Source: a virus. Taken from it: a DNA stretch of 61,533 nucleotides. Below, one piece after another: positions 49,098 through 58,574 of the stretch. Position 1 is the first letter of the stretch. Every line of letters begins with the position of its first letter. A program made the translations under genes and the position numbers. Location of the stretch: the IMG/VR virus record IMGVR_UViG_3300045988_054859, one strand, 5' to 3'. Under the pieces are notes generated by a model. It saw only the letters and a list, made by a program, of their open reading frames with translations, was not told the DNA's origin and did not search any database.

Positions 49098-49659
49098 TTA
49101 CGTCGTATAGCAACGCTTGGCCGGGTTCCACGTGAGCTTCGGGATGCTCCGGCCGCAAACGCAGGAGAACTTCTCGTTTACGATTTCGGCGTCCTCGACG
49201 TTCGTCCGACCGTAGCTCTCCTTCTTGCAGACCGGGCAGGTGAACTCGAACCGTGCCAGCGCGTCCAGCGGGATTTTCGCGCCGCACTTCCGGCACTCGT
49301 TGGTCGTTTGCGGTTCGCGCAAGAACTGTACAAACTCGCTCTTGCATTTCGGGCAGCGCAGGAGCATGAGCCCCTTTGCGCCGACGGGCGTAAGCCAGCT
49401 TACCGGCTTCTTGGGGGGGGGCTTTCTTGTCCGCCGTGGAAACTACCGAGGCGGCCTGCTTCGGCTCGCTGGTGACGCTCTTTTCCGCCTCCGGCGCGCT
49501 GTCGCCGTTGTACAGCGTCGTGGTCTTGGCGATGGTCTCGAGTGTTTTGAGCGCGGTGTCGAGCTCTGCGGGGCTCTTGCCGGTCAGCGTGACGCTCACA
49601 TCCGGTTCTCCCTGAAACTTGAAAATTTCCATCGAGACTTCAAACTTCGTACTTGCCAT
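49098..49659 (-). pseudogene. Gene split by a C9 coding-strand homopolymer: N-terminal part (from ATG 49659) and zinc-ribbon C-terminal part (ORF 49098..49367) in different frames
   Basis: GGAGG RBS precedes the ATG at 49659 (MASTKFEVSMEIF...ADKKAPPQ). After the tract the zero frame becomes Arg-rich nonsense. The -1 frame is open and runs into LLRCPKCKSEF...CPVCKKE... Confidence 0.5.
49413..49421. repeat. Homopolymer G9 (C9 on the coding strand)
   Basis: Counted by eye as 'cttctt' then 9 g then 'ctttc'. Confidence 0.9.
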
Positions 49660-49664
49660 GTCGG

Positions 49665-50354
49665 TTATGCCTCCTGTTTCTTTTCTTCCAGCTTGTTTGA
49701 CGGGTCGAATTTCCTGCCGTCCTCGACGCCGCGCCATGCTGCGTCGAGCTCTCCAACCGTCTTTGGCTGGGGCGTCTTTTTGAACTCTTTCGGCGGTCCA
49801 ATCTTTTCGAGCTCGTCTTTGACCTCCTCCGGGACTTTCAGCACAAGGCCGTATTCTTGATTTTCCTCATTCTGTCTTGTGAACGCCTCGTATACACCTC
49901 TGGCGAACCCATAGCCGTAGGAATCGCAGATTTTTGCAATCTCCTGCGGTGTGTAATAGTCCCGGTGCTGTTTGCGGAGCTTCTTCTGCTCCGATTTAAT
50001 GCACCGGACCGCATACCGGAATATCTTTACGCAGATTTCAATATCGCCCTCCAAGCCGATAAATCCGACGTGCCAAACGGTTGTTTTTGCGCTAATTTTG
50101 CATCGAAACGCCGAGCAGCAGTAGTTTTCTCCAATAACGATTGAGAGCGGGTCCATCCACGAGTTTGCTTTCTTGGAAAACTTCTCGCCGATGGCCCGTT
50201 TTATGACCGTAGTGTTCCGTTCCTCGAGGTCCCGCTCGCTGAGCTTGTGCTCCGCCATAAGCTTGCGGGCCTTGAGCAGGGCGAGCTTTGCCTCCTCCGG
50301 CTCCGGGCTCTTTGCAAGAGCGAGGAGCTTTCGGATTTTGTCCTTGTAGTCCAT
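49665..50354 (-). CDS. DUF2786-like protein (229 aa)
   Basis: The N-terminus KIRKLLALAKSPEPEEAKLALLKARKLMAEH is the typical DUF2786 helix pair. Confidence 0.5.
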   Translation of the reverse strand: MDYKDKIRKLLALAKSPEPEEAKLALLKARKLMAEHKLSERDLEERNTTVIKRAIGEKFSKKANSWMDPLSIVIGENYCCSAFRCKISAKTTVWHVGFIGLEGDIEICVKIFRYAVRCIKSEQKKLRKQHRDYYTPQEIAKICDSYGYGFARGVYEAFTRQNEENQEYGLVLKVPEEVKDELEKIGPPKEFKKTPQPKTVGELDAAWRGVEDGRKFDPSNKLEEKKQEA

Positions 50355-51031
50355 TAGGCTTCAACCTCCTGCGCTACAACTCCCAGTAGCTTACAGCGTG
50401 TAAGCATCATCCTCTCTAGCGAGGACTGGTACTTCTGAACTGGCTCCGCAGAGCCCTCAAAACACCGTCCTGCGTACCGCCATGTGCCGCCCTGTCGCTT
50501 GAACGTAAGGTAGGTCGGCTGCCAGCGTCCGTTGACATCCTTTGCGGTGCTGATTTCTCCGCCCACCTGCAACAGGCCTGCGCGGTTTGTGCGTGGCGGT
50601 AAGACGTCAAGAAAGTAGCCAATCAGGTCCTCGTCTACCTCGTCGCCCGGTTCGAGATAGTCCTCTGCGGTCGGGAGGCCGCTCTCAAACCATTTCCCGA
50701 GCGTCTTGAGGCCGGTTCCTGCGCACTCTGCGCGTTGCCTCTCGACTTCGTTGGCAATTAACGCCATCTGCGTGTTGCTCAAAAAAATGTCGCTGCCGTC
50801 GTCGAGCCGGAGATAAACGACGCCCGCCTCGAGGAGTGTTACAGGGAGGTCGAGGTATGTCGTTGTCGCTCCGCTCCTGTCAACTACCGGGATGCAGATG
50901 CGCTCGCGGGCGGCTCGTCCGCCCCTGTGGTAAAGTATCCTGTCGAATGCGTACCTGCGGCAGTCGCATTTCTCGGTGCAATAATTGACCGCGTCGTCCG
51001 GCCACAGGCCGATAATCATAAGTCGCTTCAT
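50354..51031 (-). CDS. Hypothetical protein (225 aa)
   Basis: GAGGAGG RBS precedes the ATG at 51031. Confidence 0.55.
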   Translation of the reverse strand: MKRLMIIGLWPDDAVNYCTEKCDCRRYAFDRILYHRGGRAARERICIPVVDRSGATTTYLDLPVTLLEAGVVYLRLDDGSDIFLSNTQMALIANEVERQRAECAGTGLKTLGKWFESGLPTAEDYLEPGDEVDEDLIGYFLDVLPPRTNRAGLLQVGGEISTAKDVNGRWQPTYLTFKRQGGTWRYAGRCFEGSAEPVQKYQSSLERMMLTRCKLLGVVAQEVEA

Positions 51032-51041
51032 GCTGTCCTCC

Positions 51042-51839
51042 TCAAACGTAATCGGCGTACCGGGTGCTGATGCTCTGCACCCACTCTTCGTCCAGCTTGT
51101 TGAGGTATGTGCTCCACGCCTCCTCGTAACTGTTCCACCACCATTTCCGGCTCTTGAGGGCAACAATAAGCTGCTGCCGAGGCTTCATAACGAACTTGAT
51201 GTACGCCCGGTCGCCCATCGTGTAGGCGACGAGGTTCTCGTCCTCGAAAAACTTCTGCCGGTTCAGGTTTGCGAGTTTGCCCTCTTTCCCGGCCGCGTAG
51301 AGCTTGGCGATGACGCTGTTCTTGCGCCAGCGGTACTTTTCATGGAGCTTCTCGTAATACTCCATGAAGAGCTCCGGGTCCTTGTTGGCGAGCTCGCATA
51401 GGCTCGCGGTAGGATTAAGCGTCGGCCGCTCGATGCAGAATTTGATGTCATCGACCAGCCGCGCAATCTCCTTTGCGTCCTTGTCCTCGATACGGCCCTG
51501 CCAGACTTGCTCCTGCAGGCCGTTGAACCACTCCACGAACTCAGAGGAAAGGCGGAGAATGGTGTCGCTGTGGTCCAGCTTCTTTGCGTTGTACCGCGCC
51601 GGTCCTGCGACGGCGACGCTCACATGGGCTGCCTCGTGCCGGAGCTGCTCGCTCCACTTGGCATAAATCTGGTCCACGATTTTCTGCTTGCGGCTGTCCG
51701 GGATGTTCCAGCTCATAACTTTCTGGCAGTAGACCTCGTACTCGTGGGCCGAAATGTCGCCGCGCTGGCCGCTCATGCTGTTGCTGTTCGCCTGATGAAT
51801 GAGGCTCTTGTCCAATTCCTTGATTTTCACCTCACTCAT
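51042..51839 (-). CDS. Hypothetical protein (265 aa)
   Basis: No firm motif. The C-terminus has KSRKWWWNSYEEAW. Confidence 0.55.
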   Translation of the reverse strand: MSEVKIKELDKSLIHQANSNSMSGQRGDISAHEYEVYCQKVMSWNIPDSRKQKIVDQIYAKWSEQLRHEAAHVSVAVAGPARYNAKKLDHSDTILRLSSEFVEWFNGLQEQVWQGRIEDKDAKEIARLVDDIKFCIERPTLNPTASLCELANKDPELFMEYYEKLHEKYRWRKNSVIAKLYAAGKEGKLANLNRQKFFEDENLVAYTMGDRAYIKFVMKPRQQLIVALKSRKWWWNSYEEAWSTYLNKLDEEWVQSISTRYADYV

Positions 51840-52089
51840 GGTAGACCTCCTGCCGGTTCAGCGGCGGTTTAGGGATAGAGGGCTTCTGCGGGGCCAAAAC
51901 CAGCTCGTAATCGGATGCCTGTTGCGGGGCGAGCGGTGTGGCGTACTCAATGTAGCCCCATGCTTTATTGTCGATTTCCTCGCAATAGGTCCGACCGCTC
52001 TCGAAGTTTACGATTTCGGTAACGCTCTCCGTAGAGGGGATTCCGCCCACCATCAGCGGGCGGCGTGTGCTGTAATATCTGTAAGCCAT
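51832..52089 (-). CDS. Small protein resembling DarA_N/polyvalent-protein N-domains (85 aa)
   Basis: The pattern MAYRYYSTRRPLMVGGIPS...VNFESGRTYCEEIDNKAWGYIEY is recalled from anti-restriction polyvalent proteins. This is from memory only. Confidence 0.4.
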   Translation of the reverse strand: MAYRYYSTRRPLMVGGIPSTESVTEIVNFESGRTYCEEIDNKAWGYIEYATPLAPQQASDYELVLAPQKPSIPKPPLNRQEVYHE

Positions 52090-52610
52090 AATTTTCTCTC
52101 TGCCTCCTGCAATTCAAATGCGAGCTCGTCAAGCTCTTTCTCGATTTCCTCCGCGTCGTGGACAATCTGCCGCGCGCCCGGAACGCCCTTCGTACCGTTC
52201 TGCTTTGCCTCAATCCACATCGCAATATGCTCGTCCGGGTCAAAGCTGTCGGAGTAGTCCAGAATCTCGTCCGGGAAGTTCTCGACTTTCACGCAGACAA
52301 TGAAGTCCTCTCCGGCCGGTGAATACCACTCGAGCTCAACGCGGCCGTCGTCCGTATAATCGCAAACGCTCCATTCACGTTTCTCGAGAATATCCAAATA
52401 CGCCTGCGGCAGCTCCTCTTTTGGCCTTTCGGTCTTATTCGAGCGGTTCGGGTCCAGCCAAATAGAGATGTTGTAGATGTACTGACCGCACCGAACGCAT
52501 ACATCATGTTTGCCCCAATATCCGAGCTTTTTCATGCCTCGGACGCTGCCGGTATAATGGATTGATGGATGCCGTTCTTTTTGCTCGTCAGTTAATTTCA
52601 TGTACTTCAA
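52053..52610 (-). CDS. Hypothetical protein (185 aa, TTG start)
   Basis: AGGAGG lies 9 nt before the TTG at 52610. Confidence 0.5.
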   Translation of the reverse strand: MKYMKLTDEQKERHPSIHYTGSVRGMKKLGYWGKHDVCVRCGQYIYNISIWLDPNRSNKTERPKEELPQAYLDILEKREWSVCDYTDDGRVELEWYSPAGEDFIVCVKVENFPDEILDYSDSFDPDEHIAMWIEAKQNGTKGVPGARQIVHDAEEIEKELDELAFELQEAERKLWLTDITAHAAR

Positions 52611-53554
52611 CGTCTGCTGCCTCCTGTTCTATAATCGGGCCACGCCATCGTGATGACCGTTGAGACCTCCCGCAGGCGGCTTATGATGGCCCGGGCTTTT
52701 GTGCCGTCTCCGCCTTTCGGGGTCAGTGCTCGCACCAGCTCGTCGGCGTTGTAGTTCGTCGTGATGATGGTCGGCTTCATATCCTCGTACCGGTCGTTCA
52801 GGATGGAGTAGAGGGTGCTCACGCTCCAATCGGTACATTGCTCTTTCCCGAGGTCGTCCACAATGAGCAAATCGACCGTTTTGTACGCTTTGAGTATCTC
52901 GTACTCGGTGGCGTCGCTGTTGTCGAAAGCCTCCTTGATGTCGGCCAGCAGGTCGCCGGACGTCTTGCAGACGACCGGGACGCCGCATCCTATGAGCTGC
53001 AAGGCGATGGCGGCCGCGAGGTGCGTTTTGCCGGTTCCGTATGTTCCCTCTATGTAGAGGCCCTCGCCACGCTCTGCGCGCTGTGGAAAGCTGTCTGCAT
53101 AGGTTTTGGCCGTGTCGTAGCACCGCCGCCGCTCCGGGGTGTCCCGGATGAAGTTGGCGAACGTCCGCTGCTGGAAGCGTTTCTTGATGCCGCTCCTGCC
53201 GAGCAGCCTCTCGATTTTGGCGCGCCGTTTGGCCTGCGCCGCCTCTTTCTCGGCCTCCGCCTTTTGTCTGGCCTCCTCTGCGTCCGCCTCCGCCCATTTG
53301 GCTTTTGCCTGTTCACAGGTGCATCTCTGCGGGAACGGGGCAAACATGAGGACCGTTCGGCCCATCACGAGGGCCTCGTGGTACAGTTTCCGGCCGCAGA
53401 ACTCGCACTCGACCGGCTCCGGGATTTCGCGCTGGCAGTTGTAACCACCAGCCAGAATATCCTTGCTTGTCGGCCGTCGGTGCTGTGTGGTCTCAGCCGA
53501 ACGAGCCGAATCCGCCGGACGGAGTGAATCCAGCATAGCCGTCATCGTTTCCAC
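52607..53554 (-). CDS. DnaC/IstB-like helicase loader ATPase (about 315 aa; start uncertain, GTG 53554 preferred)
   Basis: Walker A GTYGTGKTHL, Walker B LLIVDDLG, sensor TIITTN. An N-terminal Cys cluster is present. Confidence 0.75.
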   Translation of the reverse strand: METMTAMLDSLRPADSARSAETTQHRRPTSKDILAGGYNCQREIPEPVECEFCGRKLYHEALVMGRTVLMFAPFPQRCTCEQAKAKWAEADAEEARQKAEAEKEAAQAKRRAKIERLLGRSGIKKRFQQRTFANFIRDTPERRRCYDTAKTYADSFPQRAERGEGLYIEGTYGTGKTHLAAAIALQLIGCGVPVVCKTSGDLLADIKEAFDNSDATEYEILKAYKTVDLLIVDDLGKEQCTDWSVSTLYSILNDRYEDMKPTIITTNYNADELVRALTPKGGDGTKARAIISRLREVSTVITMAWPDYRTGGSRR

Positions 53555-54335
53555 GCTGCTCACCTCCTGTGTAGTCGTTCATGTAGCCTTTTGCATTAAG
53601 CCAGCTTGCCGGGTTTGGCGTGAATTGCCGCTCCCGGAACCGGCTGTCATATTTCTTTGCGGCCTCAACCGCCGCGATGATTCTGTCGGTCGCCGCGTCG
53701 TCCGGCTCCGGGTTGATTTTGGCCCACGCCCGCTCTGCCGTGGCCCGGTCCACCTTTTTCGGGTAGGCCGCGTAGAAGCGGTCAAACCGTTCGGCCTGCT
53801 CTGCCGAGAGGCTCCCGGCTTTACGCCGGGGAGCTTTCGGTTTGTCGTGCTCCTCCGGCGTGGGCTCCGGTACGGCCGGTGGCGTTTCCTCCGCCTCTGT
53901 GGCCGCTGCAGGCTCCTGTGCAGGGCTTTCCGCCCTGCGGCCGGGAAAGTTATCGACCGACGGTTTCGTCGGTGCTGCGGTGCGCTTTGAGTAAAGCTGG
54001 CGGAGGTTCTCAAGGAGAGACTGCACCCAAATGACGCGGCAGCTCTCCCACAGCTCTTTGTCCACCTTTCCCATGGAGGCGAGCGTGTTCAGGATGGCCT
54101 CCGCCGTTTCGGCTGTAACTCCGGTGACGGCGAGTAGGTACTCCCATCCCATCTTGTCCCAGCAGTCGTAATACTGGCCGTCTGCCGCGCAAAGAAGTTC
54201 GAGCAGCTTAAACCAAAAGGCATACCCGTCGTTTCCCCAGTTCTTTTCAAGGATGAACTTTGTCCGGCTCTTTTCCCCGACGTAATGGGGGAAGTAGTCG
54301 GCGGTCTGCCTGTTGCTTCTTCCCAAGTCTCGCAC
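53493..54335 (-). CDS. Replication initiator / replisome organiser (DUF4373 N-domain plus DnaD/O-like C-domain, about 277-280 aa)
   Basis: The N-terminus has ADYFPHYVGEKSRTKF..GNDGYAFWFKLLELL. The C-terminus has FDRFYAAYPKKVDRATAERAWAKI...PNPASWLNAKGY. The start is GTG 54335 or TTG 54326. Confidence 0.65.
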   Translation of the reverse strand: MRDLGRSNRQTADYFPHYVGEKSRTKFILEKNWGNDGYAFWFKLLELLCAADGQYYDCWDKMGWEYLLAVTGVTAETAEAILNTLASMGKVDKELWESCRVIWVQSLLENLRQLYSKRTAAPTKPSVDNFPGRRAESPAQEPAAATEAEETPPAVPEPTPEEHDKPKAPRRKAGSLSAEQAERFDRFYAAYPKKVDRATAERAWAKINPEPDDAATDRIIAAVEAAKKYDSRFRERQFTPNPASWLNAKGYMNDYTGGEQRGNDDGYAGFTPSGGFGSFG

Positions 54336-54354
54336 CTCCTTTCTGCTGGTGATT

Positions 54355-57300
54355 TCAAGAGTAGATGACCTTGCTGCCCTCCGCCGTCTTTACAACGTCA
54401 ACGGCCTGCGGGAAACGGGCTTTCATCTCCGGGTCGTGAGTGATAGCCATAATCTTGAGCGAGGAATACCGTTTCTGGATGGCCTCGAGGGCGTCGCAGT
54501 AGGCCTGTACACCCTTGTCGTCGAGGAACGGCGGCTCGTCGATAAACAGGAATCCGAGCTGCACTCCTGCGGTGCTGCTCTTGAGCTCTGCCAGCGCAAG
54601 GATGACCGAGAGGGCCGCCTTAACGCGCTCGCCGCCGGAACGGCTCATATAGGGCAGAGCTCCGGTCGCCGCGTCGTTTACGATGATGTCCAGCGCGGTG
54701 ACCTCTTTCTTGCTGTTGCTCTTGAGGGTCTTTTCCATGCGCATCTCAATGCTCATGTGGCCGCCTGACATCTGGCTGATGATGCTCGTCGCGGTCGCCT
54801 CGAACAGCGGGACGATGCTGCGGACGATGTTATGCGGAATACCGTCCTGAGAGAAAGCCCGCTTGAGCTCCTCATAGCCCGCTGCAAGCTGGCCCTGTTC
54901 CGTCGCCTGACGGCGAAGGACTTCGAGCTTTGCCTCTGCCGTCTCGATTTCTTCCATCTGCCTGCGGCTGTGTCCGGCCTGCTGGTCCAGCTCTTCAATG
55001 CGGATATTGTCCACCGTGAGGGCTGCATCCGCCTCCGCGTACTGCTCCTTGAGTTCGTCAACATCAGCCTGCGCCTTTGCGAGGGTCAGAATCTCCGCAT
55101 TGATGCCATCAATCGCCGTCCGGGTCTTTTCTGCGTAGGTCAGGAGCTCCGTGAGGCGGGTCTGCGCTGCGCTCTTTTTAGCCTCCGCTGCCGGGAGCAG
55201 CTTTTCCAGCTCGATGTATTTCTTAACGTCCGAAAGCTGCGCCTCAATGCTGGCGAGCTCCGCTGCGTTCTGCCGGAGCTTTTTCAGCTCGTCCTCAACG
55301 ACGAAACGGTCTGCCTCGAGGCTCTCGATATTGGCCGGAATGGTTTCAAGCTCCTCGTCGATGGCCTTGATGCGCTCTTTAACTTCCGCGAGGCGTTCTT
55401 TCTGCGCCGCCAGCTTTGCGAACCGCTCCGAGGCTTTCCGCAGGTCTGCAACGAGGAAACGCTGGGCCTGCAAATCCTTGCGGCAGTTGAGGCCCGTTGC
55501 CTTTTTCTTTGCGGCCTGATACTCAGCGTCGAGCTGCTCGGCGCGCTCCTCAGCCTGCTGCCGGTAGGTTTCCAGTTCCGTCTCGGCCGCAGGCAGTTTC
55601 TTTTTCGCCTCCACTGCATCCTGCAGGAAACGGCATTCCGGGTTCTCGACCGGGCAGCCGCAGGTCTCGAGCATGATGGCCCGGGAGCGGATATGTGTGA
55701 CCTCGTTCTCTTTTATGTCGAGCCAAGACTGTATCCGCGCGGTTTCTGCGTTCTTGGTTTGGAGCAGCTTCATGGCCTCTTGGTCTGCTGCGAGATACTG
55801 CTCGTCCTGTTCTTCCAGCGCGGTGAGCCGTTCGCTCGCTCCTGCGAGGTCTGCCGCTTTCCGCTCGAGCTCGTCATAGTCCGCGAGGGCCTGCTCATAG
55901 CTCCAACACGTTGCCTGTGCAGAAAGTTTTTCGGCCTCGAGACTGCCTTTCTTTTTCCGCTGGGCAGAGAGCGCGGCCATAACGTCCCGCAGCTTTTCTT
56001 CCTTGGGCTGAATCAGGGCCGCCGTTCCCAGCAGCTCCTCCCGCCGTGCGGAAAGTTTTCCGTAACTCTGGCTGCCTGCCTCTACCTCCTCGCGCTTATC
56101 GAGGAGAGCCTGCGCATCGGAAATCTGCGCTCTGCAAACAGCCTGCGCGCTGGCGTTCGCGTTCTTCTCCGCAATCCAAGAGCCGAGCTCGCTGGCGAGT
56201 TTTTCCGACCGCTTCTGTGCCTGCTTGGCAATGTCGAGCTTTGTCTGCGCCTCGCTCATGGCCTTTGTGTGGATGGCCCTGTCTGCTACCGCGCTGGCCT
56301 TTTCGACGGCCGTCTTGTTCATGGCCGCCTCGACCGTTGCCTTGTCCGGCATCGTCCGCCCGGTCTCCTCCTGCAAATCCGCGACGCGCCGGAGCTCCCG
56401 GTTGGCGTCTGCTGCCCGGTTGGCCGCCATGCTCTCCATGCGGTCATAAATGCCGAGGCCGAGGATGTTGCCGAGAATTGCCATGCGGTCCGCCTTGTCG
56501 GCCTGCAAAAAGAGGCCGTACTGGTCCTGCATGATAAGGCCGGTCGCCTTGAGCGTCAGGCTGTCCATGCCGATGGTGTTCTCGATGATGGCCTGCGTAT
56601 CGCGGTATTTCTCCGCGCTGCGGTTCTGCCAGCTCTCGTCCACATACTCGGAGAGATTCAGCGTCGCCTTGCCGCTCTTTGTGCGGGTGCGTGTCACGCG
56701 ATACAGCTTGGTGCCGAGGTAAAACGTGAACTTGATGGAACCGCTGCGGGCATCCGGGTCGTTGCAAATCCAGCCAGTGAGGTCGCCCTCCCGGGGCTCC
56801 TCGAAAAGGGCGTCCAGCATGGCGTCCATGAACAGGCTGGACTTGCCTGCGCCGTTCTCGCCGTTGATGGTTGCAAAGGAAATGCCGTCGTAGCTGAACA
56901 GTTCGTCGCGGTAGTTGCGGTAGTTCTTGACCTCTATTTCCACCGGCATAAACAAGCCGGTCGGGGTCTCAAGGCGGCCTTTTTCCATTGCCTCCGAGAT
57001 AATCGGGCGGGCCAGCTCGATTATGCGCTGGGCGTCCTCCGGGCTCTTTTCCTTTTCGGCGAGGTACTCGGCGAGGTTCTGCTCCGGGCTGTTGTCGCCA
57101 TGGAGCTCGTCGCGGTTCACGCTTGTCGTGATTTCCTCCGGCGTGATTTCGGAGACATAGAACACACCACCGTCATAGAGCCTTTTCTCAAGGACAGCTT
57201 TGTTGAAAGCCTTGTTTGTTTCGTCCGAACAGGTGTAGAGAACGCGGACGATTTTTCCCTTGAGGCGGTCAGGTACAACGACCCGCTCCGCGCTCAACAT

Positions 57301-58191
57301 TGTGCAGACATCGTCCTCGTTGAGGCGGATGGTCTCGAACTCCCGGTAGGGCGTTTCGATGTACTCACTCCATGCCTCCCCGTCGTCGTCGATGTCGTGG
57401 ATGTAAAAGCCTCGCGGCTGGCCCTCGTCGTTGAAGTTGAGGCCTGTAATGCTGCCGCAGTAGAACACCGCACGGCCTGCCTCCGGGAGCTGCTGCGGCC
57501 GGTGGATGTGGCCGAGTGCTACGAGGTCAAAGTCTGCAGCTTTCAGGGTGTCTGGGTAGATGACGGGCTCAAACTGTGCAAATAGCGCGGTCTGGCCGCT
57601 CTCCATGTTGCATCCCGGGACAGTGAAGTGCGTAGACAGGATGCTCGTCACACCGGGCTCGCACTGTGCTTTCAGGCCGAGAACGACCTTTGCCAGCTCG
57701 TCCGTGAACACCTGCGTTTCCTCCTCTCGAGAGAGACCCGGGTGCGCTGCCCGGTGTACGCCACGGTCAAAGCCCGGAATACACGCCACATCTACGCGCT
57801 GCCCGTGGTAGGTGTGGATGTGGATCACCTCCGGCTCCGTTACGACGCTGACCGAATCATCGCCGTAAAAAGCCGTCGTCAGCATCTCGAACTGCTCCTC
57901 GCTGTCGTGGTTCGGAGTGCCACGCAACACGACGGTCGGGGCCACGTTGGAAAGCCGCCGGATGTGGTCTATGGCTGTCCGGCTCTCGCGGAGACCTCTG
58001 TCCGACCATACGCGGGCCTGATGGAAAATGTCGCCAGAGACGACGATAAGGTCCGGCCGGTGCTCCTCCGCGTACATCGCCTGAAAATCAAGGCAGCGGC
58101 AGATGTCCTGAAAACGGGCATTCTGTCCGCCGACCTCTGGCCCGGGGAAACTGCCGATGTGCCAGTCTCCGGTGTGCAATACTTTCAGCAT
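54355..58191 (-). CDS. Fused SbcD(Mre11)-SbcC(Rad50)-like nuclease-ATPase (1278 aa)
   Basis: The N-terminus has LHTGDWHIG...VSGDIFH...GTPNHD...GHIH (calcineurin-like phosphoesterase). Next come Walker A NGENGAGKSS, about 600 aa of coiled coil, the signature SGGERV and Walker B FLFIDEP. Confidence 0.75.
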   Translation of the reverse strand: MLKVLHTGDWHIGSFPGPEVGGQNARFQDICRCLDFQAMYAEEHRPDLIVVSGDIFHQARVWSDRGLRESRTAIDHIRRLSNVAPTVVLRGTPNHDSEEQFEMLTTAFYGDDSVSVVTEPEVIHIHTYHGQRVDVACIPGFDRGVHRAAHPGLSREEETQVFTDELAKVVLGLKAQCEPGVTSILSTHFTVPGCNMESGQTALFAQFEPVIYPDTLKAADFDLVALGHIHRPQQLPEAGRAVFYCGSITGLNFNDEGQPRGFYIHDIDDDGEAWSEYIETPYREFETIRLNEDDVCTMLSAERVVVPDRLKGKIVRVLYTCSDETNKAFNKAVLEKRLYDGGVFYVSEITPEEITTSVNRDELHGDNSPEQNLAEYLAEKEKSPEDAQRIIELARPIISEAMEKGRLETPTGLFMPVEIEVKNYRNYRDELFSYDGISFATINGENGAGKSSLFMDAMLDALFEEPREGDLTGWICNDPDARSGSIKFTFYLGTKLYRVTRTRTKSGKATLNLSEYVDESWQNRSAEKYRDTQAIIENTIGMDSLTLKATGLIMQDQYGLFLQADKADRMAILGNILGLGIYDRMESMAANRAADANRELRRVADLQEETGRTMPDKATVEAAMNKTAVEKASAVADRAIHTKAMSEAQTKLDIAKQAQKRSEKLASELGSWIAEKNANASAQAVCRAQISDAQALLDKREEVEAGSQSYGKLSARREELLGTAALIQPKEEKLRDVMAALSAQRKKKGSLEAEKLSAQATCWSYEQALADYDELERKAADLAGASERLTALEEQDEQYLAADQEAMKLLQTKNAETARIQSWLDIKENEVTHIRSRAIMLETCGCPVENPECRFLQDAVEAKKKLPAAETELETYRQQAEERAEQLDAEYQAAKKKATGLNCRKDLQAQRFLVADLRKASERFAKLAAQKERLAEVKERIKAIDEELETIPANIESLEADRFVVEDELKKLRQNAAELASIEAQLSDVKKYIELEKLLPAAEAKKSAAQTRLTELLTYAEKTRTAIDGINAEILTLAKAQADVDELKEQYAEADAALTVDNIRIEELDQQAGHSRRQMEEIETAEAKLEVLRRQATEQGQLAAGYEELKRAFSQDGIPHNIVRSIVPLFEATATSIISQMSGGHMSIEMRMEKTLKSNSKKEVTALDIIVNDAATGALPYMSRSGGERVKAALSVILALAELKSSTAGVQLGFLFIDEPPFLDDKGVQAYCDALEAIQKRYSSLKIMAITHDPEMKARFPQAVDVVKTAEGSKVIYS

Positions 58192-58574
58192 CACATATCC
58201 TCCCTGAGCAGCTCTTTGATGATGTCGTCGAGCTTGCCGCGCCGCGCTGCATCCGCACGAGACTTCGCGCACTGAATATTCCTCATTTCATCTTCGGTCG
58301 GAACCTGCGCGTAGACCTTGTGGCCAGAGCTGATGCTGAACGAAATGTAGTCCAGCGCGAGCTTTGCGAGCTCGGTGCGGTCCGGGCTGCGGAACGTCCC
58401 GATAGGGCAGCAGGTGCGCTCGGCGTTGGTGTAACGTCCGCCGCCGGAAATAAAGATGGTCGCCATGAGCTGTGCCTCGTGAGGGATTGTTTCAGTCTCC
58501 TTGACCTCAAACATTGCCACGTTGTCCGAATTGACGGCGACCATGCCGTCCTGCGAAAGAATCATCATAATCAT
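58191..58574 (-). CDS. Hypothetical protein (127 aa)
   Basis: ATGA coupling on both sides. Confidence 0.5.
   Translation of the reverse strand: MIMMILSQDGMVAVNSDNVAMFEVKETETIPHEAQLMATIFISGGGRYTNAERTCCPIGTFRSPDRTELAKLALDYISFSISSGHKVYAQVPTEDEMRNIQCAKSRADAARRGKLDDIIKELLREDM

Noticed and set aside
49084-49737. The 217-aa ORF taken at face value as a single protein.
   Set aside because: Upstream of the ATG at 49659 there is no RBS. After the C9 tract the translation becomes Arg-rich nonsense and overlaps, out of frame, a well-formed zinc-ribbon ORF. It is better explained as a homopolymer-interrupted gene.
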